From the NCBI GenBank assembly GCA_024626585.2, contig JANKJI020000002.1, positions 49,849,888 through 49,869,438 on the forward strand: a DNA stretch of 19,551 bases, given 5' to 3'. The number at the start of each line of letters is the position of its first letter. Position 1 is the first letter of the stretch. The notes under the pieces are model-generated. The model had not been told where the DNA came from. It ran no database searches and worked only from the letters and a program-made list of their open reading frames with translations. This DNA is from Ginkgo biloba (lineage: Eukaryota > Plantae > Ginkgophyta). Of the stretch, positions 7,140 through 19,551 are shown piece by piece. The position numbers and the translations under genes were made by a program.

Positions 7140-8429
7140 ACTAGGAGAACCGAAATTGGTAACTGACCAACAAGAAGATTAAAAAAAAGATGCTGATNNN
7201 NNNNNNNNNNNNNNNNNNNNNNNNNNNNNNNNNNNNNNNNNNNNNNNNNNNNNNNNNNTGAGAAAGCTAGAAATAAAGTAGGTGGCGGAACAGCAGGATG
7301 GTTGTGAAGGATGCAGGAAATTCTAATTTTTGAGGTCTGTGCTGCTACTTTGGGTATCTGATCTTGAAAGTAGAAAATCTCTGGAAACAGGCCAGGTGGC
7401 CTGCCACAATAAAAGAATAGGCTTTTATTTATTTATTCTTGTATACCTTGCCGGCCTGGTTTTGAGGGCAGGCAGGGAGGTCTCGAAATAAGGAAATGGT
7501 GTGCTGGGCCTGAATCCGAGAACACGAGAGACTACTGGTAGTTTGCGATAATTTTTTCTTTTCGCCCCCCTTTTTGGAACCACTCTTGTAGTCTGNNNNN
7601 NNNNNNNNNNNNNNNNNNNNNNNNNNNNNNNNNNNNNNNNNNNNNNNNNNNNNNNNNNNNNNNNNNNNNNNNNNNNNNNNNNNNNNNNNNNNNNNNNNNN
7701 NNNNNNNNNNNNNNNNNNNNNNNNNNNNNNNNNNNNNNNNNNNNNNNNNNNNNNNNNNNNNNNNNNNNNNNNNNNNNNNNNNNNNNNNNNNNNNNNNNNN
7801 NNNNNNNNNNNNNNNNNNNNNNNNNNNNNNNNNNNNNNNNNNNNNNNNNNNNNNNNNNNNNNNNNNNNNNNNNNNNNNNNNNNNNNNNNNNNNNNNNNNN
7901 NNNNNNNNNNNNNNNNNNNNNNNNNNNNNNNNNNNNNNNNNNNNNNNNNNNNNNNNNNNNNNNNNNNNNNNNNNNNNNNNNNNNNNNNNNNNNNNNNNNN
8001 NNNNNNNNNNNNNNNNNNNNNNNNNNNNNNNNNNNNNNNNNNNNNNNNNNNNNNNNNNNNNNNNNNNNNNNNNNNNNNNNNNNNNNNCAAGCATAATAAA
8101 TAGGGAAATTGGAATATTCGATAAAATATTTTATTATTCACCAATTGTTGTGTTGTAGTATGCTCAAGTTGTTTGATAATAATAGTCATAATTTATGTTG
8201 TTGAAGTCATTGAGGATAAACATAGAGGTATTCACATGTATCATATTGATTGGATTGAAATATTTAATAGAATATTTTAATACGCAAACATTTATTTTGT
8301 TGTTGGATGCCCCAAGTTGCTTGAAAGTAAGCCACGATGATGGAGGAAGGAGGTGGAGAAAACCAATGGATGAGAAAAGCATAAACAAATTAAATGAATA
8401 AAGTTATTGTCATTTTGTGATGTCTAACA

Positions 8430-9655
8430 AGTTCAAGGAGCATTATGGGATTGAATGGCTCTAGTGCACCTGCATTACTGAAGTTGATTCAGAGCTCCTA
8501 GACCACATTTTGATTGTTGTATTTGGTCAAGGAATAAGAGCTTAAGCCCTTTGAAGTATATCGCATAAAAGAAGTTTATTGCCTCCTCCCCAATGGTTCT
8601 AAGTTGTTTAATCCAAGTTGCACTTAAATCTTAACATCTAGGTGTTTAAGGGTTTTATTACCACATGGACACACTCACCTAGTAGTCATAGGGTCTCATA
8701 TGTACGACACAAGTGACTTGCTTAGAACATAACCAAAGACTTTGATAGTTGTAGTTGATGATATTTACCCTTAGAACAAACTTTTGTGAATGTGTGCTAA
8801 ATGTGTTGAGTGAGATCCTAGCACTTCAATTTTTAAAGGCATCAAAATTCCATGTTGGGTATATCCTTTTTGTGGAGTTCAACTTTATGCGTTTTTTTTT
8901 ATTTTGTTGTGCTGCCATATGGAGTTCGACTTTATGTTGTCTTTAACAAAATTACTCTCACTTGGATTCAATACAAGACCAATGGTTTAGAGCACTACAA
9001 CCAAATTAATTTCATTTGGATTCAATGTAATACCAATGGCTTAGAGCACTTCTATGTCAAACACCACTAATCTATAAACCTGTCATCATCTATCATGTAG
9101 TTCTTTTGCCCTAATGTCATTTTTTAGCCAACTAGCACAAATATTTTTAATAATCAAAACCTTCCAAGAAGTGTTTTCACTGTGAATGCTCATATTGTTA
9201 TAACACACATCAAAAGTTCTTGTCACTTGGGGACATCAAACAACTTCAAGAGGCATTATGGGATTGAATGGGCCTAGAGCTACATTCACATTATTTCATG
9301 TATAGCATGAGGTCTTGTTGACACATACATATACTATGGTGATATATTTGTTGTTTAGTCCTATAAGAAATTAAGCAATCTCTAAGCATGCTTAATACAA
9401 TCTTGGACCACATTGCTATTGTCAGATTTGGCTAAAAAATAAGAATGTAGGCCCTTCATTATACATTATAGTAAAAGAAGGAAGATTTATTGCCCTCTTC
9501 CAAAAGTTTCTATGTTATTTTACTTGAAGTTACACTTACAAATATTTAGATAGAGGTGTCACAATGTTAATAAGACATGCTCCCCACTTAGATACACTAA
9601 CCTTTGTAGGCATAGGATCCTATATTTGCACACGCATATGACTCAAAACAAAGCG
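8430..9655. repeat. Two diverged direct copies (about 8430-8730 and 9245-9655) of a decayed, probably TE-derived sequence
   Basis: An exact 19-mer GCATTATGGGATTGAATGG at 8440 and 9253, followed by collinear similarity (GACCACATT, AATAAGA..GCCCTT, TAAAAGAAG..TTTATTGCC, AAGTT.CACTTA, CATAGG). Confidence 0.7.
8962..9050. repeat. Short tandem duplication, 54-nt period
   Basis: TTGGATTCAATACAAGACCAATGGTTTAGAGCACT at 8962 versus TTGGATTCAATGTAATACCAATGGCTTAGAGCACT at 9016. Confidence 0.75.
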
Positions 9656-11731
9656 AAGAGCCCTAATAGTATTAAATGATGCTCCTTACCATTAGACCAA
9701 ATACATTTAGTGAATGCATGTGAAATATGTTAACTATGCAAGATTTTAACATTCTCAAGTTCCTAAAAGGCATCAACTTTTTTTCTTTTTTAGTAAATCC
9801 TTTTCTTGGTGTTAAGCATCTTTTATGGGAGTAAACTANNNNNNNNNNNNNNNNNNNNNNNNNNNNNNNNNNNNNNNNNNNNNNNNNNNNNNNNNNNNNN
9901 NNNNNNNNNNNNNNNNNNNNNNNNNNNNNNNNNNNNNNTATTCTTCCATAAGCCTTTTCTTTTAAATTCATGTGAATATTTAAGACTGGATTATTTTATT
10001 GTAATCCTTCTTGAGTTATTCAAATGAGCATAGCTAAGTGTTCTTCTCAATGATAATACACCATTTCTTAGCTCATGAATACTAATATATTTTTTGTATC
10101 TTTGAGGCTTAAATTTAATTGTCTATAACTTTGCATTTGGGGTATTTTTTAGCACCTTATTTTATTACGCCAAAGTTNNNNNNNNNNNNNNNNNNNNNNN
10201 NNCAAGTATGAAATTTGTACAACCAACTTGATGAAGAAATAATCTTCAACATTTTCCCAACTATGATATTATTATAATGCATAGATATATATTAACTATA
10301 TAATGGCCATCTCCATTTATGTGTATGTCATATAGTTATTACATGATTTTATAGCTACAAAATGTCTTTTAAATAGAATAGAATTTAAATTCTTAGATCA
10401 TTGCTTAACATATCATAAATTACAAATGCATGCTTATCTATATTGTAAGTATTTCACATAGGAGTGATACTCCACAACCACATGTGAAACTTGTTAATGA
10501 TCTATTGAAGAGAACATTTAATAATAAGATTCAATACACACACATATGCACATGCCCCCTATAAGTAACATTAGCTCTCTCATATTGGCCCATAATTGCT
10601 TAATCCATAACCCACCTCCCTAGGGAATGATATCTAGTCGTTTGTTATTTGATAGTGAGAAAATCCCATGGGTTATTTATCACCAATTGCCTAATATTTT
10701 TTACAAAAATCCAATTCGCTAATAGATCAAAAATTCCTAAAGTGTTTACCTAGCTTTTCTATTTTTAATGTAAAATTTTATTTCATTCACCAAATTTAGC
10801 TTGAATTACTAGTAAAACATCTATCTTAGTTGAATATTTTCTTATAATTTTCATAATTCTTATTTTATGTATTAAAAATATTTGTTAATAAATTATATTT
10901 GTAAAAGTAGGCCATCCTTTAAGATCTTCAATCACAACAATATCTTTGAATGTAGGCCATCCCAACATTGCATGTAGCCAATATGAGTTCTTCAAGGTTG
11001 AGTTTCTTAGGAATGAATAAAGAACAATATAGTTAGTTGTCAGGTCCCTTTTATACACTTTCCTATTACCCACTTATTGTTGTTGTTGCAGATCCAAACA
11101 TTGCATCACACATTATTCTATCTACCTTCATGGATAAATGAAGTAAGGTCACTGCCAACATGCATAATGCAGGACACATTAGCAAAGTCTATTGGATTAA
11201 ATTCTCCATTAGGTAATTCTCTTTTGGATAAAGTCAAAGTTCTCTTTTTTGCTAAATCTACTACTTCATCTACTATTATGAGGTGTTTTTTTATNNNNNN
11301 NNNNNNNNNNNNNNNNNNNNNNNNNNNNNNNNNNNNNNNNNNNNNNNNNNNNNNNNNNNNNNNNNNNNNNNNNNNNNNNNNNNNNNNNNNNNNNNNNNNN
11401 NNNATTTTAGCAACCTGAATCAAAAAATTCAAGATAAACAGAAATTAATCACACACAAATTTCTACACAGAGTCTCAAGTTTTTAACTGGAGAAACCCTC
11501 TTGGGGAATAAAACTCTAAAATGGAATTGCGTTCTCTTTCAACAAGAATTTACATCCATTATGCCTATGCTTTTGTTCAAGGGACGCAACCCACATAGAT
11601 TTGCATAATAAAAACATGGCGCGGAGTTATTCTATCTCACGATGACTCTCTCACACTCTTTGTTTGTGCACTTCTTGCTTCTTGAAGAACTATTACATCT
11701 TCTCTGCTCTAAAAATGGATATTCTCTTCTT

Positions 11732-11925
11732 CTCCTCTTGGTTGAGTGGCTTTGTCCTCCTCTCCAATTGAGTGGCTCTACGTCCTCCTCATAGATGAGT
11801 GGTCATGTCCTCTTCTTCGATTGAGTGGCTCTATGTCCTCCTCATAGATGAGTGNNNNNNNNNNNNNNNNNNNNNNNNNNNNNNNNNNNNNNNNNCTCTT
11901 TGATTGAGTGGTTATATCTCCTCTT
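11732..11925. repeat. Minisatellite, about 25-nt unit (TGAGTGGCTCTATGTCCTCCTC...), 6 or more copies, with a dimeric higher-order pattern
   Basis: Repeated TGAGTGG...GTCCTC.TC units; TTGAGTGGCTCTAYGTCCTCCTCATAGATGAGTG occurs twice. Confidence 0.85.
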
Positions 11926-12159
11926 CACCTCTTCTTTGTTCTCTATGGAACACTGGCTAGAAGAATCAACTAACTAAGCTCTTGCTTCTATGGCTCAGAG
12001 CCTTTTGCTCCTCATAGTCGAAGGAAGTTAAATCGCCTTTGTAACTATCTTCGAATGTCAGAAAAAGTGAATCACTTGGTTTGATCTTAACATGTGTCAT
12101 CTTTCAATTAGGAATGCACCTAGGAAAAATCATCGATACTAAGGAGCCTTTTGATTGCC

Positions 12160-12425
12160 CTAGGTCCTAATTCCTCCTTAGGTTGGCCAAGACATCTATT
12201 ATGGCTAGGATGTTTATTCCTCCTAGGCCTTGCCTTTCCTTCCTGGGTCAACCAAGACACTATTGTGGCTAGGACATCTATTCCTCTTAGGCCCCACCTT
12301 TTCTTCCTAGGTCCTGGTTCCTTCTTAGGTCAGCCAAGACACTATTGCGGCTAGGACGTTTATTCCTCCTAGGCCCTGCCTTTCCTTCCTAGGTTGGTCA
12401 GGACATTGTCGTAGCTAGGACATGT
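12160..12425. repeat. Tandem repeat, 4 units of about 64-82 nt (about 147-nt dimer), rich in CCTAGG
   Basis: CCAAGACA...GGCTAGGA...TATTCCTC.TAGGCC units start at 12187, 12252, 12334 and about 12398. Confidence 0.85.
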
Positions 12426-13803
12426 CATCCAAGATAAGGGTCATGATTACTCCATCCTTATTACACCACCTTAAATTATATTTTTGGTTTTNNNNNNNNN
12501 NNNNNNNNNNNNNNNNNNNNNNNNNNNNNNNNNNNNNNNNNNNNNNNNNNNNNNNNNNNNNNNNNNNNNNNNNNNNNNNNNNNNNNNNNNNNNNNNNNNN
12601 NNNNNNNNNNNNNNNNNNNNNNNNNNNNNNNNNNNNNNNNNNNNNNNNNNNNNNNNNNNNNNNNNNNNNNNNNNNNNNNNNNNNNNNNNNNNNNNNNNNN
12701 NNNNNNNNNNNNNNNNNNNNNNNNNNNNNNNNNNNNNNNNNNNNNNNNNNNNNNNNNNNNNNNNNNNNNNNNNNNNNNNNNNNNNNNNNNNNNNNNNNNN
12801 NNNNNNNNNNNNNNNNNNNNNNNNNNNNNNNNNNNNNNNNNNNNNNNNNNNNNNNNNNNNNNNNNNNNNNNNNNNNNNNNNNNNNNNNNNNNNNNNNNNN
12901 NNNNNNNNNNNNNNNNNNNNNNNNNNNNNNNNNNNNNNNNNNNNNNNNNNNNNNNNNNNNNNNNNNNNNNNNNNNNNNNNNNNNNNNNNNNNNNNNNNNN
13001 NNNNNNNNNNNNNNNNNNNNNNNNNNNNNNNNNNNNNNNNNNNNNNNNNNNNNNNNNNNNNNNNNNNNNNNNNNNNNNNNNNNNNNNNNNNNNNNNNNNN
13101 NNNNNNNNNNNNNNNNNNNNNNNNNNNNNNNNNNNNNNNNNNNNNNNNNNNNNNNNNNNNNNNNNNNNNNNNNNNCATAAGTTAGGGAATTTTGTTAAAG
13201 ATTGCTCTATACCTATCCCTCCTCCTAAAACTAACCATGAGATAAAGGAGTATGGTAATAGTGAATGACCATCTCAGGAATACAACCCTTAATCATGAAC
13301 AAACCCTGGTGTAAACCCTTAAATATCATAAAGAATCTAGAAAATGGACAACAAGGTCAATCATACTGTCCCTGTGGTTAAATCTTAGGAAATTGTAAAG
13401 AGCCCTATAGGTGAATGCCCTCATAAATAATAGGGAGACGCATAATCAACTCTAGAGAAATAATTGATAACTTCCAAGGTCTAGAAGCCTCACACTACCT
13501 TAGAAGAGAAAGGTAAGGAAGATCTTGAGACTCTGGAAGTAGCAACTAACCCGTTTGAGAATGGCATTAAAAGTGTGAAAGAGTTGTCTCATGTGTATTC
13601 CCTTGACATAAAAAAGAGGAAGGAGAATGTCAAGATGCCTTGTTTAGGCTTAAGGATAAGTCTACCATTCAAGACAAGAGGAGAAAAACCCTTAAGCATA
13701 TGATGAAGTGCCAATTCAAGAACCCTTCCCTCTTAGTCATAAAATGTTTATAGCCTTNNNNNNNNNNAAGAAGTAGACTATTAATCAACTAGAAGGAGGA
13801 GGT

Positions 13804-15925
13804 ATGGGAATTATCTCTCTTTGGAATATCAATGAAATTATCTCTATTATCATATAATGTGAGAGGGATTTCACTAGCCCACCATAGGTCTGTAATCAAA
13901 TCAACCATACTTTTATTGGTTAGTAGTCTAGATTTTCTGACATTGGAAAAACTTAAGATCTAGAGATTTCAACTTAGGACTGCCATCAACAGTATTTGGG
14001 AGTCACAAAAAATTGTTGCCACCAACCATATTGAGGGTTAAAGAGGAGCAATTTTGGCCTATCTATGTTAGTTAAAAGTATATCTTCAAAACTAGGGGTT
14101 AGAGCCTTGTAATAGGATGGTATGGGCACCATTTATGATGAATAACATCCCTTTTGGGGTAGCAAGCATATATGCATCCAATGATAATGGTGAAAAAGTT
14201 GAGCTCTAGCAACGGATAACTACCTCCTTACTAACTACCTCTAGGATAATTTAGAAGACTTTAACATGGTCGAATAATCTCAAGATCAGTTGGGAGGGGT
14301 CGGCTTGCCCATCTTNNNNNNNNNNNNNNNNNNNNNNNNNNNNNNNNNNNNNNNNNNNNNNNNNNNNNNNNNNNNNNNNNNNNNNNNNNNNNNNNNNNNN
14401 NNNNNNNNNNNNNNNNNNNNNNNNNNNNNNNNNNNNNNNNNNNNNNNNNNNNNNNNNNNNNNNNNNNNNNNNNNNNNNNNNNNNNNNNNNNNNNNNNNNN
14501 NNNNNNNNNNNNNNNNNNNNNNNNNNNNNNNNNNNNNNNNNNNNNNNNNNNNNNNNNNNNNNNNNNNNNNNNNNNNNNNNNNNNNNNNNNNNNNNNNNNN
14601 NNNNNNNNNNNNNNNNNNNNNNNNNNNNNNNNNNNNNNNNNNNNNNNNNNNNNNNNNNNNNNNNNNNNNNNNNNNNNNNNNNNNNNNNNNNNNNNNNNNN
14701 NNNNNNNNNNNNNNNNNNNNNNNNNNNNNNNNNNNNNNNNNNNNNNNNNNNNNNNNNNNNNNNNNNNNNNNNNNNNNNNNNNNNNNNNNNNNNNNNNNNN
14801 NNNNNNNNNNNNNNNNNNNNNNNNNNNNNNNNNNNNNNNNNNNNNNNNNNNNNNNNNNNNNNNNNNNNNNNNNNNNNNNNNNNNNNNNAATTGGAAGTAT
14901 ATCAAGCCAAAGGGCCTTAGATCAGAGCTAGATTATATTGAATTAAAGAAGGAGACTCTTCTTCTAAATTATTATTTACATCCCTTCATAACAAGGAAAA
15001 GGCGTGAAATATTTGGCCAGTTAAGAATAAAGAAGGCAATCATCATTTAGACCCCACTAAGGTGCTATACGTCTTCCAAACTCACTTTACAAAGCTCTTG
15101 TCATATGAAAAGAATCCTTTAAGAAATGCCCCAATGTGGTGCATTGTAGAGTTGATAAGGTTGAGTCTATCTTGTTTGAACTTCCTCTTACACTCTTTAA
15201 ATTAAAGGAAGCATTATGATCCATGTCTAATGATAAATCTCTTAGTGGGAACAACCTCCCATTAGAATTCTATAAACTCTTTTAGGAACTTATTGGGAAT
15301 GATTTGTTGATGATGTTCAAAGAGGATACTAACACTATAGTGTTGGGTAATCATATCAATGCAGATGTTATTAAGTTAATCCTAAAGCAAGGAGTGGATA
15401 CTAAGTTAATTAAGGATTGATGACCATTTACCATGCTTAATGTGTCCTATAAATCTTATCTAAAGTTCTTACATTAGGGATTAGAGATTCATTGAGGAAT
15501 ATTATTAGAGAATAATAAATAAGGTTCATCAAAGGTCACTTTATCCTAGACAACATTCTAGCAGTGGATGAGGGTATGGAATGGCCCAAAGAGTCTAGTT
15601 AATTAGCTTTGTTGAAGATAGATTTTAAAAAGTCCNNNNNNNNNNATATTGGATGGGGTTTCATCCTAGCAATGCTTCAGAAACTTGGATTTGACCCCCA
15701 ATTTGTAACATGGTTAAGATTCTCTTTTTGAATACCTCCTCCAGGGTGGTATTGAATGGATCTCTATTAGATGCAATCACCTTGCAAAGGTTTATTCATC
15801 AAGGTTGCCCCCTATCCTTTGTGTTATATGTGTTTTCAATGGATGCATTGGGGTATTTGATCTAAGAGGCACACAACAAGGGTTTTCTAAGAGGGATTTC
15901 TCTCCCTAGATCTCAGAAGCATCTC
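13804..15925 (+). mobile_element. Decayed LINE (L1-like non-LTR retrotransposon) ORF2: APE endonuclease plus reverse transcriptase pseudogene
   Basis: Broken-frame motifs in the expected order: MGIISLWNIN (13804), PFGVASIYASND (about 14149), DFNMVE (14257), LKEAL*SMSNDKS..GNNLPLEFYKLF*ELIG (about 15200-15300), IKD**PFTMLNVSYK, FIKGHFILDNIL, LKIDFKKS (about 15612), WGFILAMLQKLGF, QGCPLS (15800). Many stops and frameshifts. Confidence 0.9.
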
Positions 15926-16319
15926 ANNNNNNNNNNNNNNNNNNNNNNNNNNNGATTTTATCAAAGTATGTAGAAGCATATGATCGAATCCAAGGGGGTA
16001 GTCCGCTTTGCCACTTTATGTACTCTCTGTAACACTAGAAATTATCTCTTTGTCAAACTATACAGTCTGTATGGCTTCCTATTTTGGGAATTTTGAAATA
16101 CCATGTTAACACGTGTCGTATCAGTGAATACCGTAGAATTATGCTGACTTAAGCGATACTATATTTGTGTAGTGTAAAAATGCAGTATTAGAAAAAAATC
16201 ANNNNNNNNNNNNNNNNNNNNNNNNNNNNNNNNNNNNNNNNNNNNNNNNNNNNNNNNNNNNNNNNNNNNNNNNNNNNNNNNNNNNNNNNNNNNNNNNNNN
16301 NTAGGCATTTTAGTCAAAA

Positions 16320-16480
16320 AATCATTATTTATGATGGTATACAAAATCTAATCAACACTAAAACATGTTGAGTTTAATTGTCATCTCCTACAAAAATCAA
16401 GAGAATAATAAAGAGTCATAATCTAATGTGCATGGTGAATTTGCTAAATCATCTTGTTGATATGACTAGACACCTTGATC
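16320..16480 (+). mobile_element. Ty1/Copia RNase H C-terminal remnant
   Basis: KHVEFNCHL and HLVDMT..L resemble the Copia TKHIEIDCHFIR ... QLADIFTKPL motifs; frameshifted. Confidence 0.5.
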
Positions 16481-19400
16481 AAGATAATGCCATGTCATCT
16501 AATTAAAGAAATTGTGCTACCTAGTTGTCCCATCAGTGAATACCCCATTTGAGGTAATCTATGTGACAAGGATAATTTGATACCTAGATCTAGATATACA
16601 TTCACCACCTCAGAAAATGACAAAGATCTCGATTGAGATATCCTCGTGAATAATTTGGAAATTGGCACTAGCACGATAGAAGTGACATGTAAGGTTAGTA
16701 GCCAACTTTGCCTTTTCGAAGGCTATTGTTATAGCTCAATTGTGCTATTACATTCCTCGATCAAGATTAGGTTCATAAATCGAATATAGTTCGATTAGAT
16801 AAGGCGTGGTAGTGTTTTTTCTCGAATGAGCTTTGGTTTGTATTATGAACATAGCTCGATCTAGATATATTCAATATTTTGATAGTATTATTCAAGAACT
16901 TGGATCAAGATTTTGGATGTACTCAATCAATGTGGTTCTGCCAGAATGATGATGTGTAAGATTTTTCAAGAAATTTGGCAGGTGATCTTGCAACCACCTA
17001 GAACCAAGTACCCATCTCTCATGATATATGCTCCTTGTGATATCTAATATGTTATTTTATGTTGGTAAGTCCCCTAGTATTACACGTTTCTCTTTAACAC
17101 TATTATTTTTGTTAAATATCTTTCTTGCCAACTCTTTTCTTAGGTTGTGCATTATCTTTCATTCTTGGAATCTTCAATAATTAACCCTATCATAACTTCT
17201 TCAACTTGTTTGGTCTAGAGTTAACTTTTGATAGAATCTTGTAGAGTATTTCCAATTTTTTGATGATACTAATGGAAAATTGAACTATGGTAGTGTTTTT
17301 ATAATTCAAAATTTAAGAGCTTAGCGAGTTCCTCTTCTTTATTTTCCTTGAGCTTATTGAGCTTATCTTGAGTCTTCACCTAATGCATAATTATCTCAAG
17401 GAATCAACTTGCCTTTGCATATATGTTTCCAAAGTTAAGAGATGTTATTTATTGAAGTTAAGAGTTGTTATTTATTATTCTTTACCAAATTTTAATTTGT
17501 ATACATTTGAATACATCAAGACTTAATGTGTTAAACCTGATCCATAGTGCAATTGTAGAAGGACCATAAAAATGGGGTGCATAATAAAATCCCATGGGAA
17601 ACATTGGTATTGGAAGAAGAATAAGCACCATTCTTTATAGACACTAACTAAGTAAGCTTAAGATCTACTATATTATATTAAATTTAGACTTTTTCAATAG
17701 GTGGGGATTTTAGAATTAAAGTGCTTATAGGTATTTAAGCATATGTTGATAACACACAATTGGATACTAGTGGGCTCAAAAAGTATAGTTAGACAATAAT
17801 AGTAACGATAATAATATTAATTGATTGATTTGGTTATTATTGATGAAAGCAATTTTTATCTCTTGGCTTGTTTGGACAATGATGCCAATGAGGGTTATAG
17901 TGTAATGAAGACCAAAGTTTAAAATAGTGGTAGGAGTTTTGAAGTTAGTAGATGAAGAGGTAGATGCATTAGCAAAGTGTTATCATGGCTATTATCATAG
18001 AAACTTATTAAAAGGGAAGTAGACAAATGAGGATGTTAAAAGAATATTTTGAGTTGGCTCTAAAACATTAAAGAATGATCATTTAATTAGGGGATATTAT
18101 TAGTGATAAGAGGAGGTTAGGTGGAAGGAGGAATTGGGATAGTTAAACTCATACAGGTTGAAGAGTTTAATCGTTATTCATGATTGTCATCCAATAATAT
18201 ATTAAAAGAAGAAGAAATGGGAAGGGTAGTGATTATTATTTTTTCCTATGAAAGGCCAATTAATACTTGGACCACTCGAGTGATTAATGATGTATAGTAG
18301 TTTAGAATTGTCCAAATTAGTTGATGTTGTATATTATAAATAAAATTTTCATAAATTAACTTTTCTTTTATTGAATATTATTAAACTCTAATATCCCATA
18401 TCCTTAAGGGTGGTAACTTCTTAATTGACAATGTTAATTATTGCTAAAACTCAAAGCTTAATTTCTCTAATTATTTTCTTATAGCTTTCTCTTCTTAATA
18501 ATGAATTCATTCATCTTCCCTTATTCTTCTTAATNNNNNNNNNNNNNNNNNNNNNNNNNNNNNNNNNNNNNNNNNNNNNNNNNNNNNNNNNNNNNNNNNN
18601 NNNGAAGTGCGAACGACGTGTTTACCAATAAAGTCTTCTACTTAAAAATTTGGGTCAACATGATTAAAGACTCATAAATAGAAAACTTCTTTAACTCTTA
18701 TTATTCTTAATGTTGCATGACCTAGATTTTGACAAGATCGATATACTTTATACCATGTGGAAAGTTTAAACTGTGGATAAAATTCTTGTTGGCATCTTGT
18801 TTGTTTTTTTCAAAATGTTATTTATCAAATGTAACAAAACATTGATGGTATGGTTGGCTTAAATATTTGACAAATGACCCACCTTTGTTGTCTTCAACTC
18901 TAGGTAATTTGGTTGAGTCACCTTAATGGAAGGTTGAGAAATTTTATTTATGATAATAATAAGATTGACGCCTTCTCAATTATATATTTTCCAAACCTCT
19001 TATGGTCCTCATAAGGGATAAATTATATGTGTTACCAATTTTCATTAATAAACTTGAATGGATCGATCTTTATGGTTGGTCTTTCCATGATAATCAAACT
19101 TATCTTCATCTTCTTAATTTGGCCTTGGCTCAAGTAGATTTATAATATGGATTCTTTTCAAACTCTTCTTCCTCTATTTTATTATATCACTACACAAATA
19201 AAGGTCCATGGTAAAATATTTGANNNNNNNNNNNNNNNNNNNNNNNNNNNNNNNNNNNNNNNNNNNNNNNNNNNNNNNNNNNNNNNNNNNNNNNNNNNNN
19301 NNNNNNNNNNNNNNNNNNNNNNNNNNNNNNNNNNNNTACTTAGCATTTTTATGTACATAGTGTTTATTGTTTCTATAGAGGACTAACTAGTTTATATGGT

Positions 19401-19551
19401 CTTAATAAGAATAGAGAGAGTGTTGTATAGTACATTAACAACCTTGATGCTTAATGCTTATAAATTATCTCTTGTAGTTGGTTAGGGATTCTTTGGAATT
19501 TCTTTTACAAGGGCCTCTTTCTTTTACCTTTCATAAGTTGCTTTTCCTTCT
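16480..19551. other. Highly decayed AT-rich intergenic sequence, probably retroelement-derived
   Basis: No long ORFs; only faint motif remnants (for example, a possible zinc-knuckle relic on the minus strand near 19060-19110). Confidence 0.3.

Larger units (their letters stand above)
11404..12490. mobile_element. Probable LTR / non-coding remnant of an LTR retrotransposon carrying internal tandem repeats
   Basis: ACACAC...TTTAACTGGAGAAACCCTCTTGGGGAATAAAAC resembles the reverse strand of plant Copia LTRs (recalled pattern), followed by CT-rich sequence and two minisatellites. No termini or TSD are visible. Confidence 0.35.

Noticed and set aside
11118-11432. ORF with LIIVDEV (Walker B-like; Helitron helicase?)
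   Set aside because: No other helicase motifs, and the ORF spans an N run.
11732-12425. Repeat arrays as CRISPR-like structures
   Set aside because: Eukaryotic context, degenerate head-to-tail units without unique spacers, and no cas genes; these are TE-associated minisatellites.
7425-14931. Long ORF-track entries composed mostly of X (also 4674-5237)
   Set aside because: Artefacts of translating N runs.

Overview
Plant nuclear genomic DNA, AT-rich, with many N runs (three are exactly 100 N: 2142-2241, 9839-9938, 16202-16301). The left third holds one minus-strand gene (ATG 7006, stop 1160) for an ABA-signalling SnRK2 kinase of the subclass III / OST1 (SRK2E) type. Its exons match the canonical SnRK2 sizes: 177, 75, 102, [54], [93], 93, 105, 99 and 291 nt, with exon 4 mostly and exon 5 wholly hidden in Ns, giving about 362 aa. 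The main observation is that exons 7 and 8 are present twice in tandem (6 - 7A - 8A - 7B - 8B - 9). All visible sequence of both copies is intact and in frame; the two exon-7 copies differ mostly at synonymous sites. This looks like a mutually exclusive two-exon cassette that swaps the alphaF-alphaG-alphaH part of the kinase C-lobe. Several candidate pre-mRNA pairings nearby could steer the choice: a hairpin over the GC donor of 7A, a three-way GACCAGAC/GUCUGGUC switch, and a docking-site/selector-like complementarity from the start of intron 6. The main caveat is a 100-N gap between 8A and 7B. The rest of the window (about 8100-19551) is decayed repeat DNA: a LINE endonuclease-RT pseudogene, a Copia RNase H remnant, an LTR-like segment and several minisatellites.
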